A stretch of DNA of 45,913 bases from assembly GCA_046706965.1 (NCBI GenBank), contig JBJKOX010000012.1, positions 1 through 45,913 of the forward strand. The letters are read 5' to 3'. The position numbers and the translations under genes were made by a program. Numbering within the stretch: position 1 is the stretch's first letter; each line of letters begins with the position of its first letter. Source of the DNA: Candidatus Pacearchaeota archaeon (GTDB lineage Archaea; Nanobdellota; Nanobdellia; Pacearchaeales; GW2011-AR1). A model generated the notes under the pieces. That model ran no database searches. It was given only the letters and a program-made list of their open reading frames with translations, and was not told the origin of the DNA. Below, piece by piece: positions 32,448 through 41,620 of the stretch.

Positions 32448-33497
32448 ATGCTTACAGATAAACAAGTTTTGGAGATAAAGAAACATCTTGAGCGTGCTCA
32501 AAACCCTATTTTTTTCTTTGACAATGATCAGGATGGCCTTTGCTCCTTTCTTTTACTTCAAAGATATCTGGGAAGAGGTAAGGGCGTCCCAATCAAATCT
32601 TTTCCAGGGATGACTGCAGAATATTTTCGCCGCGTTCGAGAATTGCAGGCAGATTATATTTTCATTCTGGATAAACCTATGGTTTTTGATGATTTTTTTG
32701 AAGAAGCAAGAAAGGTTAACACCCCTATAGTTTGGATAGACCATCACCTTACAACCCAAAAAATACCTGATTACGTAAATTACTATAATCCTCTATCAAA
32801 CAAAAACAAAAGCGAAGAACCCGTTACCGCTTTATGCTATCAGGTAACTAGAAAGAAAGAAGATTTATGGATAGCCGTTGTGGGGTGCATTTCTGATAGG
32901 TTTGTTCCTTCTTTTTATAGAGAATTTGAAAAACAATACCCTGAACTTACAATAAATTCACAAGAAGCAACAGCCATCTATTATAAGTCCCTTATAGGGA
33001 AAATTGCGAAAATGTTTAGTTTCGGACTAAAGGATCGAACGACGAATGTTATCAATATGATTAGATTTTTAACTAAAGTAAAAAGTCCAGAAGATGTTCT
33101 TAACGAGAGTAGTAAAAATTATACTATGCATAAAAGATTTAATGACATCGAAAGTAAGTATCACAGACTTTTAAAAAAAGCAATCGGGCTAGAAAAAAAT
33201 AAGGATAAAATACTTTTTTTTCAATACGGGGGAGACTTAAGTATAAGCAGCGATCTTGCTAATGAATTGAGCTATCTTTTCCCCGAAAAACTCGTTGTTG
33301 TTGCTTATATAAGGGGCTCTCGGGCTAACATTTCTATTCGAGGTGAAAAGTCTAGAGATATTTTCTTAGAAGCCATTAAAGGCTTGGAGGATGCAACAGG
33401 AGGAGGTCATGAAGAAGCAGTTGGGGGGCGCATGAAGATAGAAGATATTGAAAAATTTCGTACCAATATAGAAAAAATCTCTAAGAAAAATGAATAG
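32448..33497 (+). CDS. DHH/DHHA1 family phosphoesterase (RecJ/NrnA-like)
   Basis: Motifs present are FFFDNDQDGLCS (DxDxDG), WIDHH (DHH at 32739-32747), GCISDRF and GGGHEEAVGG (GGGH at 33399-33410). Confidence 0.8.
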   Translation: MLTDKQVLEIKKHLERAQNPIFFFDNDQDGLCSFLLLQRYLGRGKGVPIKSFPGMTAEYFRRVRELQADYIFILDKPMVFDDFFEEARKVNTPIVWIDHHLTTQKIPDYVNYYNPLSNKNKSEEPVTALCYQVTRKKEDLWIAVVGCISDRFVPSFYREFEKQYPELTINSQEATAIYYKSLIGKIAKMFSFGLKDRTTNVINMIRFLTKVKSPEDVLNESSKNYTMHKRFNDIESKYHRLLKKAIGLEKNKDKILFFQYGGDLSISSDLANELSYLFPEKLVVVAYIRGSRANISIRGEKSRDIFLEAIKGLEDATGGGHEEAVGGRMKIEDIEKFRTNIEKISKKNE

Positions 33498-33694
33498 AAA
33501 TATATAAAAAGCTAGTTAATTTTTAGAGAATATGGATACAAAGGCCTGGCTTATTGATAATATGGATATGAATAATAGCCTGAAGCCTGCTTCCAAAACT
33601 AAAAATTATTCAATTTAATTCGGTCTCTTTTGCCTGGATTGAATTGAGAAACACTTCTTAACAATTTAGGCTGAAGAGGAATAACGGGTGTAAA

Positions 33695-33829
33695 ATGAGA
33701 ACACATACAGAAGACCTTCTGGAACAAGGAGACTCTGAAGTCGGCGACACGCTAAATGCGCTTGTTGAGACGACACTTAGAATGGAGCATGAACTTGAAC
33801 TTGCAATAAAGTTAAAAGATAGAAGGTAA
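33695..33829 (+). CDS. possible 44-aa acidic helical mini-protein, hypothetical
   Basis: MRTHTEDLLEQGDSEVGDTLNALVETTLRMEHELELAIKLKDRR has a GGGTG SD-like sequence 5 nt upstream. It sits in an otherwise empty 394-bp intergenic region and is GC-richer than its surroundings. Confidence 0.2.
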   Translation: MRTHTEDLLEQGDSEVGDTLNALVETTLRMEHELELAIKLKDRR

Positions 33830-33891
33830 AAAGAGGGAATTTTCAAATTGTAGACGTAGGTTTTACTCTCTAAGTCTATGTAATTTTTTTA

Positions 33892-35346
33892 TTAATATGC
33901 TTTGGAGAAATAAGCAATATTATATGTCTTTTTCCCTGTTTCTATACATGTACCTTGGTTTTTTGATTGTTCTACTATTCTGGATGTGGCCCCCCCAGTT
34001 TTTTCTTTTATTTTGGACTCAACCTCGGACGAATCCACCATATATACTTTGACTATCTTTCCTTCTTTCAACTTAGCTTTAAGCTGCCTGATATCTTCTG
34101 CAGAGTCGATTCGGGAATCTAAAAATTTTTTTTCTTTAATGAAAAGGCCCTCCTGAATTTCATCAAGTATTGCCGATATTCTTTTTGACAAATCTTTACT
34201 CTTTACAACCTCTTTTTTTCCAGTGTCTCTACGGACTATCACAACCTGATTTCTCTCGATATCCTGGGGACCAAGTTCAATCCTTAAAGGTATTCCTTTA
34301 AGCTCCCACTCATGAAATTTCCATCCTGGAGAATATGATTCTCTATCATCAAGAATGGGGTTAAACTTCCCGAGGGACTTTGAAATTTCTCTGGCTTTTT
34401 TTAGCACTTCTTCTCTCGTTTTATCAAATAATATTGGAACAATGACTATTTGATTTTTTGATATTTTTGGAGGGATGATCAACCCTTTATCATCCCCATG
34501 TACCATTATTATTGCACCTATCAATCGTGTAGAAAAACCCCAGGAAGTTTGCCATGCGATATGTTTCTTCTCACCTTCTCCTTTAAAATTTATCCCGAAT
34601 GTTCTCGCAAAATTTTGCCCTAAGTTATGTGATGTTCCACACTGTAATGCTTTCCCATCAGGCATCAGTGCTTCTATAGTCATGGTGGTCTCTGCCCCTG
34701 CGAAGGTTTCTGTGCGGGACTTTTTCCCCATTAGGACGGGGATTGCAAGTTGTGTTTCAAGGAGTCTTTTATACTCCTGTATTACATTTATCATATCTTT
34801 TTCTGCCTCTTCCCCCGTTGCGAAAACGTTATGGCCTTCCTGCCATAAGAATTCACGTGTTCTAAGGAAGGGCTTTGTCTGTTTAACTTCCCACCTAAGC
34901 ACATTACACCATTGGTTTATTTTCAAAGGAAGATCACGATAAGAACGAATCCATTTTGAATAAGAATCGTACATTATTGTTTCACTTGTCGGCCTGATTG
35001 CGAGCGCTTCATCACTGTTATCTGAATTTTTTACATATGCTAATTCAGGAGCAAATCCCTTAGCATGTTCCGCCTCTTTTTTGAAAAATGACTCTGGAAT
35101 CAACAAAGGGAAATAAGCATTTTTTACGTCCATGCTGTCAAGTATTTTGTTGAAGTAATCTTGAATTTTCTCCCAGATTGAATATGCATTTGGTCTAATT
35201 ATCATGAATCCTTTTACAGGTGCATAGTCTGCTAGCTCCGCCTTTTGTACAATTTGCGTGTACCACTCACTCATATCATCTGACTTTTTTACTGTCAGGC
35301 CCTCCTTTGTCTGTTTCTTGCTTTTAGTCATATCCCATAAACTCAA
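33892..35346 (-). CDS. proS: prolyl-tRNA synthetase (archaeal/eukaryal type)
   Basis: The 484-aa protein shows SEWYTQIVQKAELADYAPVKGFMIIRPNAYSIWE, RPTSETIMY, FLRTREFLWQEGH and the C-terminal Zn-binding-domain ending ...AYFSKAY. The track start is a TTG, and an ATG at 35331 is an alternative. Confidence 0.92.
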   Translation of the reverse strand: MSLWDMTKSKKQTKEGLTVKKSDDMSEWYTQIVQKAELADYAPVKGFMIIRPNAYSIWEKIQDYFNKILDSMDVKNAYFPLLIPESFFKKEAEHAKGFAPELAYVKNSDNSDEALAIRPTSETIMYDSYSKWIRSYRDLPLKINQWCNVLRWEVKQTKPFLRTREFLWQEGHNVFATGEEAEKDMINVIQEYKRLLETQLAIPVLMGKKSRTETFAGAETTMTIEALMPDGKALQCGTSHNLGQNFARTFGINFKGEGEKKHIAWQTSWGFSTRLIGAIIMVHGDDKGLIIPPKISKNQIVIVPILFDKTREEVLKKAREISKSLGKFNPILDDRESYSPGWKFHEWELKGIPLRIELGPQDIERNQVVIVRRDTGKKEVVKSKDLSKRISAILDEIQEGLFIKEKKFLDSRIDSAEDIRQLKAKLKEGKIVKVYMVDSSEVESKIKEKTGGATSRIVEQSKNQGTCIETGKKTYNIAYFSKAY

Positions 35347-35444
35347 GAATTGTATTTAAAATTATCCTAAGCTAATCCTAAAATTGCTTAGGGTAAGTGT
35401 TTTACAATAAAAACCTTTTTATTCTGATATTATCTGATATAAAT

Positions 35445-35516
35445 AGGCTCGTAGTTTAATGGATAGAACTTTCGGTTTCGGCCCGAAGGATGGGGGTTCG
35501 ATTCCCTCCGAGCCTG
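35445..35516 (+). tRNA. tRNA-Arg(UCG)
   Basis: AGGCTCG TA GTTT AATGGATA GAAC T TTCGG TTTCGGC CCGAA GGAT GGGGG TTCGATT CCCTC CGAGCCT G. It has an A1-U72 first pair and a 4-nt variable loop. A TTTTTATT box lies about 25 nt upstream. Confidence 0.85.
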
Positions 35517-35573
35517 CTCTTAATTTGGGCAGGTTCAGCTTCGTGCTACTTTCGATGCGAGTCGCACAGATAA

Positions 35574-36863
35574 ATGGAAAATAAAAAACAAAAACAAAAG
35601 CCTCAGCCGGGCGATCTTGTAGAAGTACATATGACCAAGGTCATCTATGAAGGAGTTTTGCTTGAAAGCCCTCAAGACTCAAGAGATATAATCTTACTGA
35701 AGCTTGATTCAGGATACAATATAGGATTCAAACGTAAGGATGTAATAAAGGTCAGTCTTCTTGAGAAGTTTAAGGAAAAGGAAGAAACATTACGTACTCC
35801 CTCAGCAAGAGGGAAACCTAAAATTGGAATGGTAATAACAGGGGGAACTATTGCTTCTCGTCTCGATTCTAGGACAGGAGGGGTGGATCCCTTATCTCGA
35901 CCAGATGACTTGTTTAAATTTTATCCTGAACTCTTTGATATTGTAGATGTTGCAGAGGTTGAAGTGCCCTTCATGAAAGCCTCAGAAGATATGGATTGGA
36001 AGGATTGGAAGAAAATTGCACAGGCTGTTCAAAAATTGCTAAATGATCCAGAAATAAAAGGAGTTATAGTAACACACGGCACCGATTTTTTACATTATAC
36101 TTCTGCAGCACTCAGTTTTTTTCTCCATGACTTGAACAAGCCTGTAGTTTTGACCTATAGCCAAAGGAGCATTGATCGTGCATCTTCCGATGCAAACCTT
36201 AACCTGAGATGTTCTGCGCTTGCTGCAATAAGTGATATAGCAGAAGTTATGTTAGTGGGACATGCCACGGAAAATGATGATTACTGCTTTTCTATGCCGG
36301 GAACAAAAGTCAGAAAACTCCATTCTTCACGGAGAGACGCATTTAAGATAGTCAACTCTGAGCCATATGCTAAGATTTATCCAGACCGTATAGAAATCCT
36401 ATCAGGGTATAATTCTAGAAACAACAAAAAGAGAGTAAAACTTGATACAAAATGGAATGATGCTGTTGCTCTTGTTAAATTTTATCCAGGGCAGAATCCT
36501 GATATCTTAGATTATTATCTAAAGAAAAAATACAAAGGGCTTATTATTGAAATGTCTGGTCTTGGCCATGTGGCAACGCGGCGTGCAAGAAACTCCTGGT
36601 TAAAAAAACTAACAGAAATACAAAAGAGAGGAATTGTTGTTTGCGCTGTCGCACAAACCATTTTTGGAAGACTTGATCCCTACGTTTATTCAAATGGGCG
36701 CGAAATTTTAAGGACCGGGGTAATCTATCTTGAAGACATGCTTGCAGAAACTGCATTGGTAAAATTAGGATATGTACTTGCTAAAACTACTGATAAAGAA
36801 AAGGTTAAGAAATTAATGCTAGAAAACTTTGCAGGCGAGCTAAATAACAGGTTAAGGAAATAA
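35574..36863 (+). CDS. gatD: Glu-tRNA(Gln) amidotransferase subunit D (asparaginase-like)
   Basis: The 429-aa protein has an N-terminal beta-domain, followed by the asparaginase motifs ITGGTIASR and VTHGTDF and the GatD-type C-terminal half. Confidence 0.9.
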   Translation: MENKKQKQKPQPGDLVEVHMTKVIYEGVLLESPQDSRDIILLKLDSGYNIGFKRKDVIKVSLLEKFKEKEETLRTPSARGKPKIGMVITGGTIASRLDSRTGGVDPLSRPDDLFKFYPELFDIVDVAEVEVPFMKASEDMDWKDWKKIAQAVQKLLNDPEIKGVIVTHGTDFLHYTSAALSFFLHDLNKPVVLTYSQRSIDRASSDANLNLRCSALAAISDIAEVMLVGHATENDDYCFSMPGTKVRKLHSSRRDAFKIVNSEPYAKIYPDRIEILSGYNSRNNKKRVKLDTKWNDAVALVKFYPGQNPDILDYYLKKKYKGLIIEMSGLGHVATRRARNSWLKKLTEIQKRGIVVCAVAQTIFGRLDPYVYSNGREILRTGVIYLEDMLAETALVKLGYVLAKTTDKEKVKKLMLENFAGELNNRLRK

Positions 36864-36871
36864 TTCTCTAT

Positions 36872-38287
36872 TTACAAAAATAAGCTTACAATCAGGGCTA
36901 TGGCACAGATTGACATGATTCCTGTGATAAGCCAACCCAAGATATTTGATATTCTCTTGTTTGTGTATTGACCCATAATTTTTTTGTTGTTTGAAATTTT
37001 CATTATCATTATCATGAGTGGCGGAGCTGCGATTCCATTTAGAACTGCAGTGTAATAAAGCATCCTGAATGGCGGGATCCCTATGAAATTTACAATGATC
37101 CCTATAATTGTTGCAAAGGCTATTATCCCATAGAATCCGTGAGCTTGCCTGAATTTCCTATACAATCCTTCTTTCATCTTGAATATTTCTGCAAGTGCAT
37201 ATGATCCTGAACCTGCGAGCACGGGAATTGCCAAAAGTCCTGTGCCTATTATTCCAAGAGCAAAGAGAAGATATGCAAACTCTCCTGTGAGGGGCTTTAA
37301 TGCTTGGGCAGCCTGATCTGCAGTCTGAATACTTGTGATTCCATGAACTCCTAATGTAGAAGCTGTTGTGACTATTATGAAAAACATTATAAGATTAGAG
37401 AAAAACATCCCACTTACCGTATCTGTTCTTAGGTTTCTGAGATCAACGCTTTTGAATTTAGGCACCCCTGCCCCCATACTTCTTAGCTCACGTCTTTCTA
37501 TCTCCTCTTCTACTTCTTCATTGGCCTGCCAGAAGAACAGATAGGGGGATATTGTTGTTCCTAGTATAGCGACTACATTTAGTAGGTAATCTTTCGAGAA
37601 GGAGAAGCTTGGAATGAAAGTAGATGCTAGAACTGACAACCAGTCTTGTTTGACCACGAACGCGACTATTACATATGATAAAAGTGAAAATGCAAAATAT
37701 TTCAGGATTTTTGCATATGTCCTATAAGAAACGAAAATTTCAAGTAATATTGTAAATATAGTTATTCCTATAAGCCACCAGATGAAATTTATCCCAAAAA
37801 CAAGCTGACCTGAAGAGGCCATTGCGCCAAGATCCGCCCCTATATTTATTATGTTTGCAATTAGGAGTATCAGGACTGAAAAATAGAGAATCCTTTTAGA
37901 ATAGTTTTTCTTTATTACTCCTGCCAGGCCTTTTCCTGTTACTAATCCTATTCGGCCACACATTTCTTGAATTGCAGCCATGAAGGGGAATGAGAAAAGT
38001 GCAGTCCAGAGTTGACCATATCCAAATTGTGCTCCTGTCTGAGAATAAGTGGCTATCCCTGATGGGTCATCATCTGATGCTCCCGTTATAAAACCAGGTC
38101 CAAGGCTTTTGAAAACTTTTTTTGTGAGGGCTACTGGAGACTCTTCTTTCTTCTTCCTTCCAAAAACCTCTTCTAGAAGATAGTTATATTTTTCTTCTCC
38201 TGGAATTCCAAGAATGAATCTTCTTCTTTCCTCAGACTCCTCTTTTCTTTTTGATTTTGTGGGCTTTTTCACACCCCTCTTTACCAT
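36872..38287 (-). CDS. NRAMP-family divalent metal cation transporter
   Basis: The 471-aa protein has about 11 TMs and shows LGPGFITGASDDDPSGIATYSQTGAQFGYGQLW together with an NRAMP-like TM pattern. Confidence 0.85.
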   Translation of the reverse strand: MVKRGVKKPTKSKRKEESEERRRFILGIPGEEKYNYLLEEVFGRKKKEESPVALTKKVFKSLGPGFITGASDDDPSGIATYSQTGAQFGYGQLWTALFSFPFMAAIQEMCGRIGLVTGKGLAGVIKKNYSKRILYFSVLILLIANIINIGADLGAMASSGQLVFGINFIWWLIGITIFTILLEIFVSYRTYAKILKYFAFSLLSYVIVAFVVKQDWLSVLASTFIPSFSFSKDYLLNVVAILGTTISPYLFFWQANEEVEEEIERRELRSMGAGVPKFKSVDLRNLRTDTVSGMFFSNLIMFFIIVTTASTLGVHGITSIQTADQAAQALKPLTGEFAYLLFALGIIGTGLLAIPVLAGSGSYALAEIFKMKEGLYRKFRQAHGFYGIIAFATIIGIIVNFIGIPPFRMLYYTAVLNGIAAPPLMIMIMKISNNKKIMGQYTNKRISNILGWLITGIMSICAIALIVSLFL

Positions 38288-38362
38288 AAAAATGCATGGA
38301 AAAAGATGTTATAAAGTTTGTCCATTAGGAAGATATTAATATTCTCATTTATTATCAATTTA

Positions 38363-38614
38363 ATGAAGAATATTTATCTTACCAAGAGCGAATTTTCTTC
38401 ATTGTATGTTTTTTATGAATTGGATACGAATGGAGGATGGCATAATAGACAGGAATTTAATGATGAGGGAAACAGCGGACTGGTTAAGAGAATTTTGGAG
38501 TTTGTACCTATTAATAGAAAAGCAATATTCCATTTAGTAAATTTGCCTGATGAACTAGCACTTGACCTTGCAGAAAAATATGAAGAATCAAAGGTTAAAG
38601 TACTTTTTGATTAA
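38363..38614 (+). CDS. hypothetical 83-aa protein (98 aa if the TTG at 38318 is used)
   Basis: I do not recognise a family. It is co-directional with and immediately upstream of the PIN and ligase genes. The C-terminus is acidic (LPDELALDLAEKYEESK). Confidence 0.4.
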   Translation: MKNIYLTKSEFSSLYVFYELDTNGGWHNRQEFNDEGNSGLVKRILEFVPINRKAIFHLVNLPDELALDLAEKYEESKVKVLFD

Positions 38615-38671
38615 TAACTCTAGAGGGGTTACAACAGTAAAATTTATAAGGTTTTGAAGGTTAAATCTTAA

Positions 38672-39307
38672 ATGAGAATTAAAAATATTGGTCCTCTTGA
38701 GGGAGATATCCTCCGAACATTTAGTGTAGACTCTATCCCTATGATAGTATTTGATACGAGTGGGTTAATTGATATTGCAACTTCCATTAGAAGATATAAC
38801 CTTTGCCATAGGAACGGCATAGGGGACATTAGGTATACAAGTCCAGATGTTTTTCTGAGAAATCTAAATGGCGCATCAAAGATTATAATAACTCCTTACA
38901 CCTATAAAGAAGTTGAGAAACATAGTCATACAATATTGAATAGGTATACAAATGAGTTAGAATCTCCAATAGTTAGTTTTTCATTTTATGCTCTGGAACA
39001 ATATATGGCAATTGCTTCTGAGTTAAAAAATAGTATCTCTTTGGATGAAGCGAGGTATGATGCTTACTGGGCAGCAAAATATGGATGTAATGGTAATGAA
39101 AAAAAATTTCTTGAAGGACCTTCTCTTACAGATAAGGAGATTTTAGGGACTGCCTCTTATTTAGCAAATGCTGAAATAAAGGGTCAAAGAATTAATCCCC
39201 TTATTGTTGTATCTTCAGATGCTCATATACTTAAGGGTGTAGAATTTTTAAGAAAAGAATTTGAAGATAAATATTCTTCCTTATCTCCCATTTCAACAAG
39301 ATATTAA
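38672..39307 (+). CDS. PIN-domain-like nuclease
   Basis: The 211-aa protein has four acidic positions in PIN order: IVFDTSGLID (Asp codon at 38753-38755), TPYTYKEVEKH, SLTDKEILGTA and LIVVSSDAHIL. Confidence 0.55.
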   Translation: MRIKNIGPLEGDILRTFSVDSIPMIVFDTSGLIDIATSIRRYNLCHRNGIGDIRYTSPDVFLRNLNGASKIIITPYTYKEVEKHSHTILNRYTNELESPIVSFSFYALEQYMAIASELKNSISLDEARYDAYWAAKYGCNGNEKKFLEGPSLTDKEILGTASYLANAEIKGQRINPLIVVSSDAHILKGVEFLRKEFEDKYSSLSPISTRY

Positions 39308-39316
39308 TAAATAATA

Positions 39317-40099
39317 ATGAAAAGCTCTCAGCCCATCTTTGTAAAATACCCTGAAATCCCTCATCTAGCAGAAACTCTTGATATACTGGATAGTAAGTAT
39401 CTTCAAGTTTTTGAGAAACTTGATGGGGGAAACAGCCAGATCCGGATGTCTGAAGGGAGACTTTTTTGTGGAAGCAGGGCTAATTTCTTGAGAAGAGAAA
39501 GGGACTTTAGATTTGACTGGTTTAGAGACTTTAACAAATGGGTCATGTCTAATTCCAGTTTTTATAACTTGCCTGAAAATCTAGTTCTTTATGGAGAATT
39601 TATGGCTCCACACACTTTAACTTATAACTCTGAATTCATCAATAGGTTCTTTGTGATTGATGTTTATGATCTCAACAAAAATAAATTTTTGCCCTATACG
39701 GAAGTTCGTAAGAATTTAGAAGATAGATTAGGAGTAGAAGATGTGTTATTTTTACCCATTCTTGTTCAAGGAACTCTTGATTTAGAGCGAGCTAAAGAAC
39801 TTGCTACTGGAAGTAGTGATTATTCTAAATATGGGAAGGAAGGAATAGTTATTAAAGATTATAAGCAACAAAAATTTGCAAAATTTTGGAGAACAAGTGC
39901 TAGTCCTACAGAGGAGGGCCTATTTGATGAGGTGCATCGGGTTATAAAAAGCATGGAGGTTGGAAACATACAAATTCAAAAACAACCTCTTGAAAACTTG
40001 TCTCGTGAAGTTTTCGCGGAACTATTACGTAGCGGCAGGTTTAATATATCTCTCGCAGAGATTTCTGATTGTGTTAAGAAGATGATAAACAAAATTTAA
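39317..40099 (+). CDS. ATP-dependent RNA ligase-like nucleotidyltransferase (KxDG superfamily, PF09414-like)
   Basis: KYPEIPHL is followed by motif I EKLDGGN (KLDG at 39416-39427), motif III/IIIa LYGEFMAPH, motif IV EGIVIKD and motif V KFAKFWR. The protein is 260 aa and has no OB or BRCT extension. Confidence 0.65.
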   Translation: MKSSQPIFVKYPEIPHLAETLDILDSKYLQVFEKLDGGNSQIRMSEGRLFCGSRANFLRRERDFRFDWFRDFNKWVMSNSSFYNLPENLVLYGEFMAPHTLTYNSEFINRFFVIDVYDLNKNKFLPYTEVRKNLEDRLGVEDVLFLPILVQGTLDLERAKELATGSSDYSKYGKEGIVIKDYKQQKFAKFWRTSASPTEEGLFDEVHRVIKSMEVGNIQIQKQPLENLSREVFAELLRSGRFNISLAEISDCVKKMINKI

Positions 40100-40109
40100 T
40101 AAACTCCAA

Positions 40110-41576
40110 ATGTATTTTTTGTTTATGGACGACAAAGGAATGTTTGAGGGCCTTAAGTCAGGTCTTGAAATACATCAACAGCTAAATACAGGAAAACTTT
40201 TTTGTGCTTGCCCTTCTGTTTTGCGACAAGATGAACCTGACTTCACCGTAAAAAGAAAATTACATGCAGTCGCAGGAGAAAGAGGAGGGGTTGATGTTGC
40301 TGCAGAATATCAAGCGTCTCAAGATAAAGAGTTTGTTTATCAAAGCTACGACACAAATTGTCTTGTAGAGCTAGATGAAGAGCCTCCTCATCAAATCAAT
40401 CCCGAAGCGCTTGAGATTACATTACAGATGGCACATCTTTTACATGCTAAAATTCTACCTATAACTCAAATTATGAGGAAGACAGTTATAGACGGGAGTA
40501 ATACTTCTGGATTTCAGAGAACTGTGGTGATTGCGCGCGATGGGTTCATAGAAACCAGTTTTGGGCGAGTGGGAATAGAAACTATTTGTTTAGAGGAAGA
40601 CTCTGCAAGAATTGTAAGCTCTGATAAACAAGAACACGTTACTGTTTATAGGCTCGATCGTCTTGGAATACCTCTTGTCGAGATAGCTACAACTCCGGAT
40701 ATTAAAACTCCTGCACAAGCAAAAGAGACTGCCCTGAAAATAGGGGAGATATTGCGGGCATGCAATGTCCGAAGGGGGCTTGGAACTATAAGGCAGGATG
40801 TGAATCTTTCAGTTAATTATCCGAAAGGAAAAAGAATCGAGCTTAAAGGATTTCAAGATATCAAAAATATTGAAACCGCAATTGAATTTGAAGTTACTAG
40901 GCAGAGAGATCTTATTGGTAAAAATAAAAGTATATCTGAAGTGAGAAAAGTTCTTCCTGATGGGCATAGTGAATTTCTAAGACCTATGCCGGGATCTGCA
41001 AGAATGTATCCTGAGACTGATTTGCCTTTGTTGAGAATTTCTAGACAAATGATTGATGATGCAAAAAAGAACCTTCCTAAACTTAAAGATGAGATTGAAA
41101 CAGAACTTGAGAAGGAAGGGCTTTCAAAAGATTTTGTTTCGCTCTTGATGAAACGAGGGAAGATTGAGGAATTTAAGGAGCTTATGAAAGTACTGAAACG
41201 CGCAGATCTTGTTGGAAAAATATTACTCGAGTATCCTAAGGAAATTTCAGGTCATGAGAAGATTCCACTTGAAAAAGTTGAACAGGTATTAACTATTGAT
41301 GTATTAGGAGAGATTCTTGAAAATGTTAAAAGGAGAGAACTTTCTGAGAATAATGTTGAACATGCTCTTGAAAATATAGTTAGGGGTGTCGCGCTGGAAA
41401 AAGCCTTAAAATTCGATACTATCTCTGTGGAGAATTTAGAGGGGCAAATTTTAAATCTTATAAAATCAAAACCGGGATTAACACCCAATGCTTACATGGG
41501 TTTAGTAATGAAGGAATTCAAAGGCCAAATTTCAGGTAAAGAGGCCATGGAAATTATTAGGAAAATTATAAAATAG
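40110..41576 (+). CDS. gatE: Glu-tRNA(Gln) amidotransferase subunit E, short form
   Basis: GatE-type motifs are GLEIHQQLNTGKLFCACPS, CLVELDEEPPH and RKTVIDGSNTSGFQRTVVIA, with a C-terminal YqeY-like tail (GLVMKEFKGQISGKEAMEIIRK). The start could be the ATG at 40110 or at 40125. Confidence 0.85.
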   Translation: MYFLFMDDKGMFEGLKSGLEIHQQLNTGKLFCACPSVLRQDEPDFTVKRKLHAVAGERGGVDVAAEYQASQDKEFVYQSYDTNCLVELDEEPPHQINPEALEITLQMAHLLHAKILPITQIMRKTVIDGSNTSGFQRTVVIARDGFIETSFGRVGIETICLEEDSARIVSSDKQEHVTVYRLDRLGIPLVEIATTPDIKTPAQAKETALKIGEILRACNVRRGLGTIRQDVNLSVNYPKGKRIELKGFQDIKNIETAIEFEVTRQRDLIGKNKSISEVRKVLPDGHSEFLRPMPGSARMYPETDLPLLRISRQMIDDAKKNLPKLKDEIETELEKEGLSKDFVSLLMKRGKIEEFKELMKVLKRADLVGKILLEYPKEISGHEKIPLEKVEQVLTIDVLGEILENVKRRELSENNVEHALENIVRGVALEKALKFDTISVENLEGQILNLIKSKPGLTPNAYMGLVMKEFKGQISGKEAMEIIRKIIK

Positions 41577-41620
41577 ACAAAAATTTTTTAAATTAGGATT
41601 CTTTTGTTCTGAAAAAAGAG

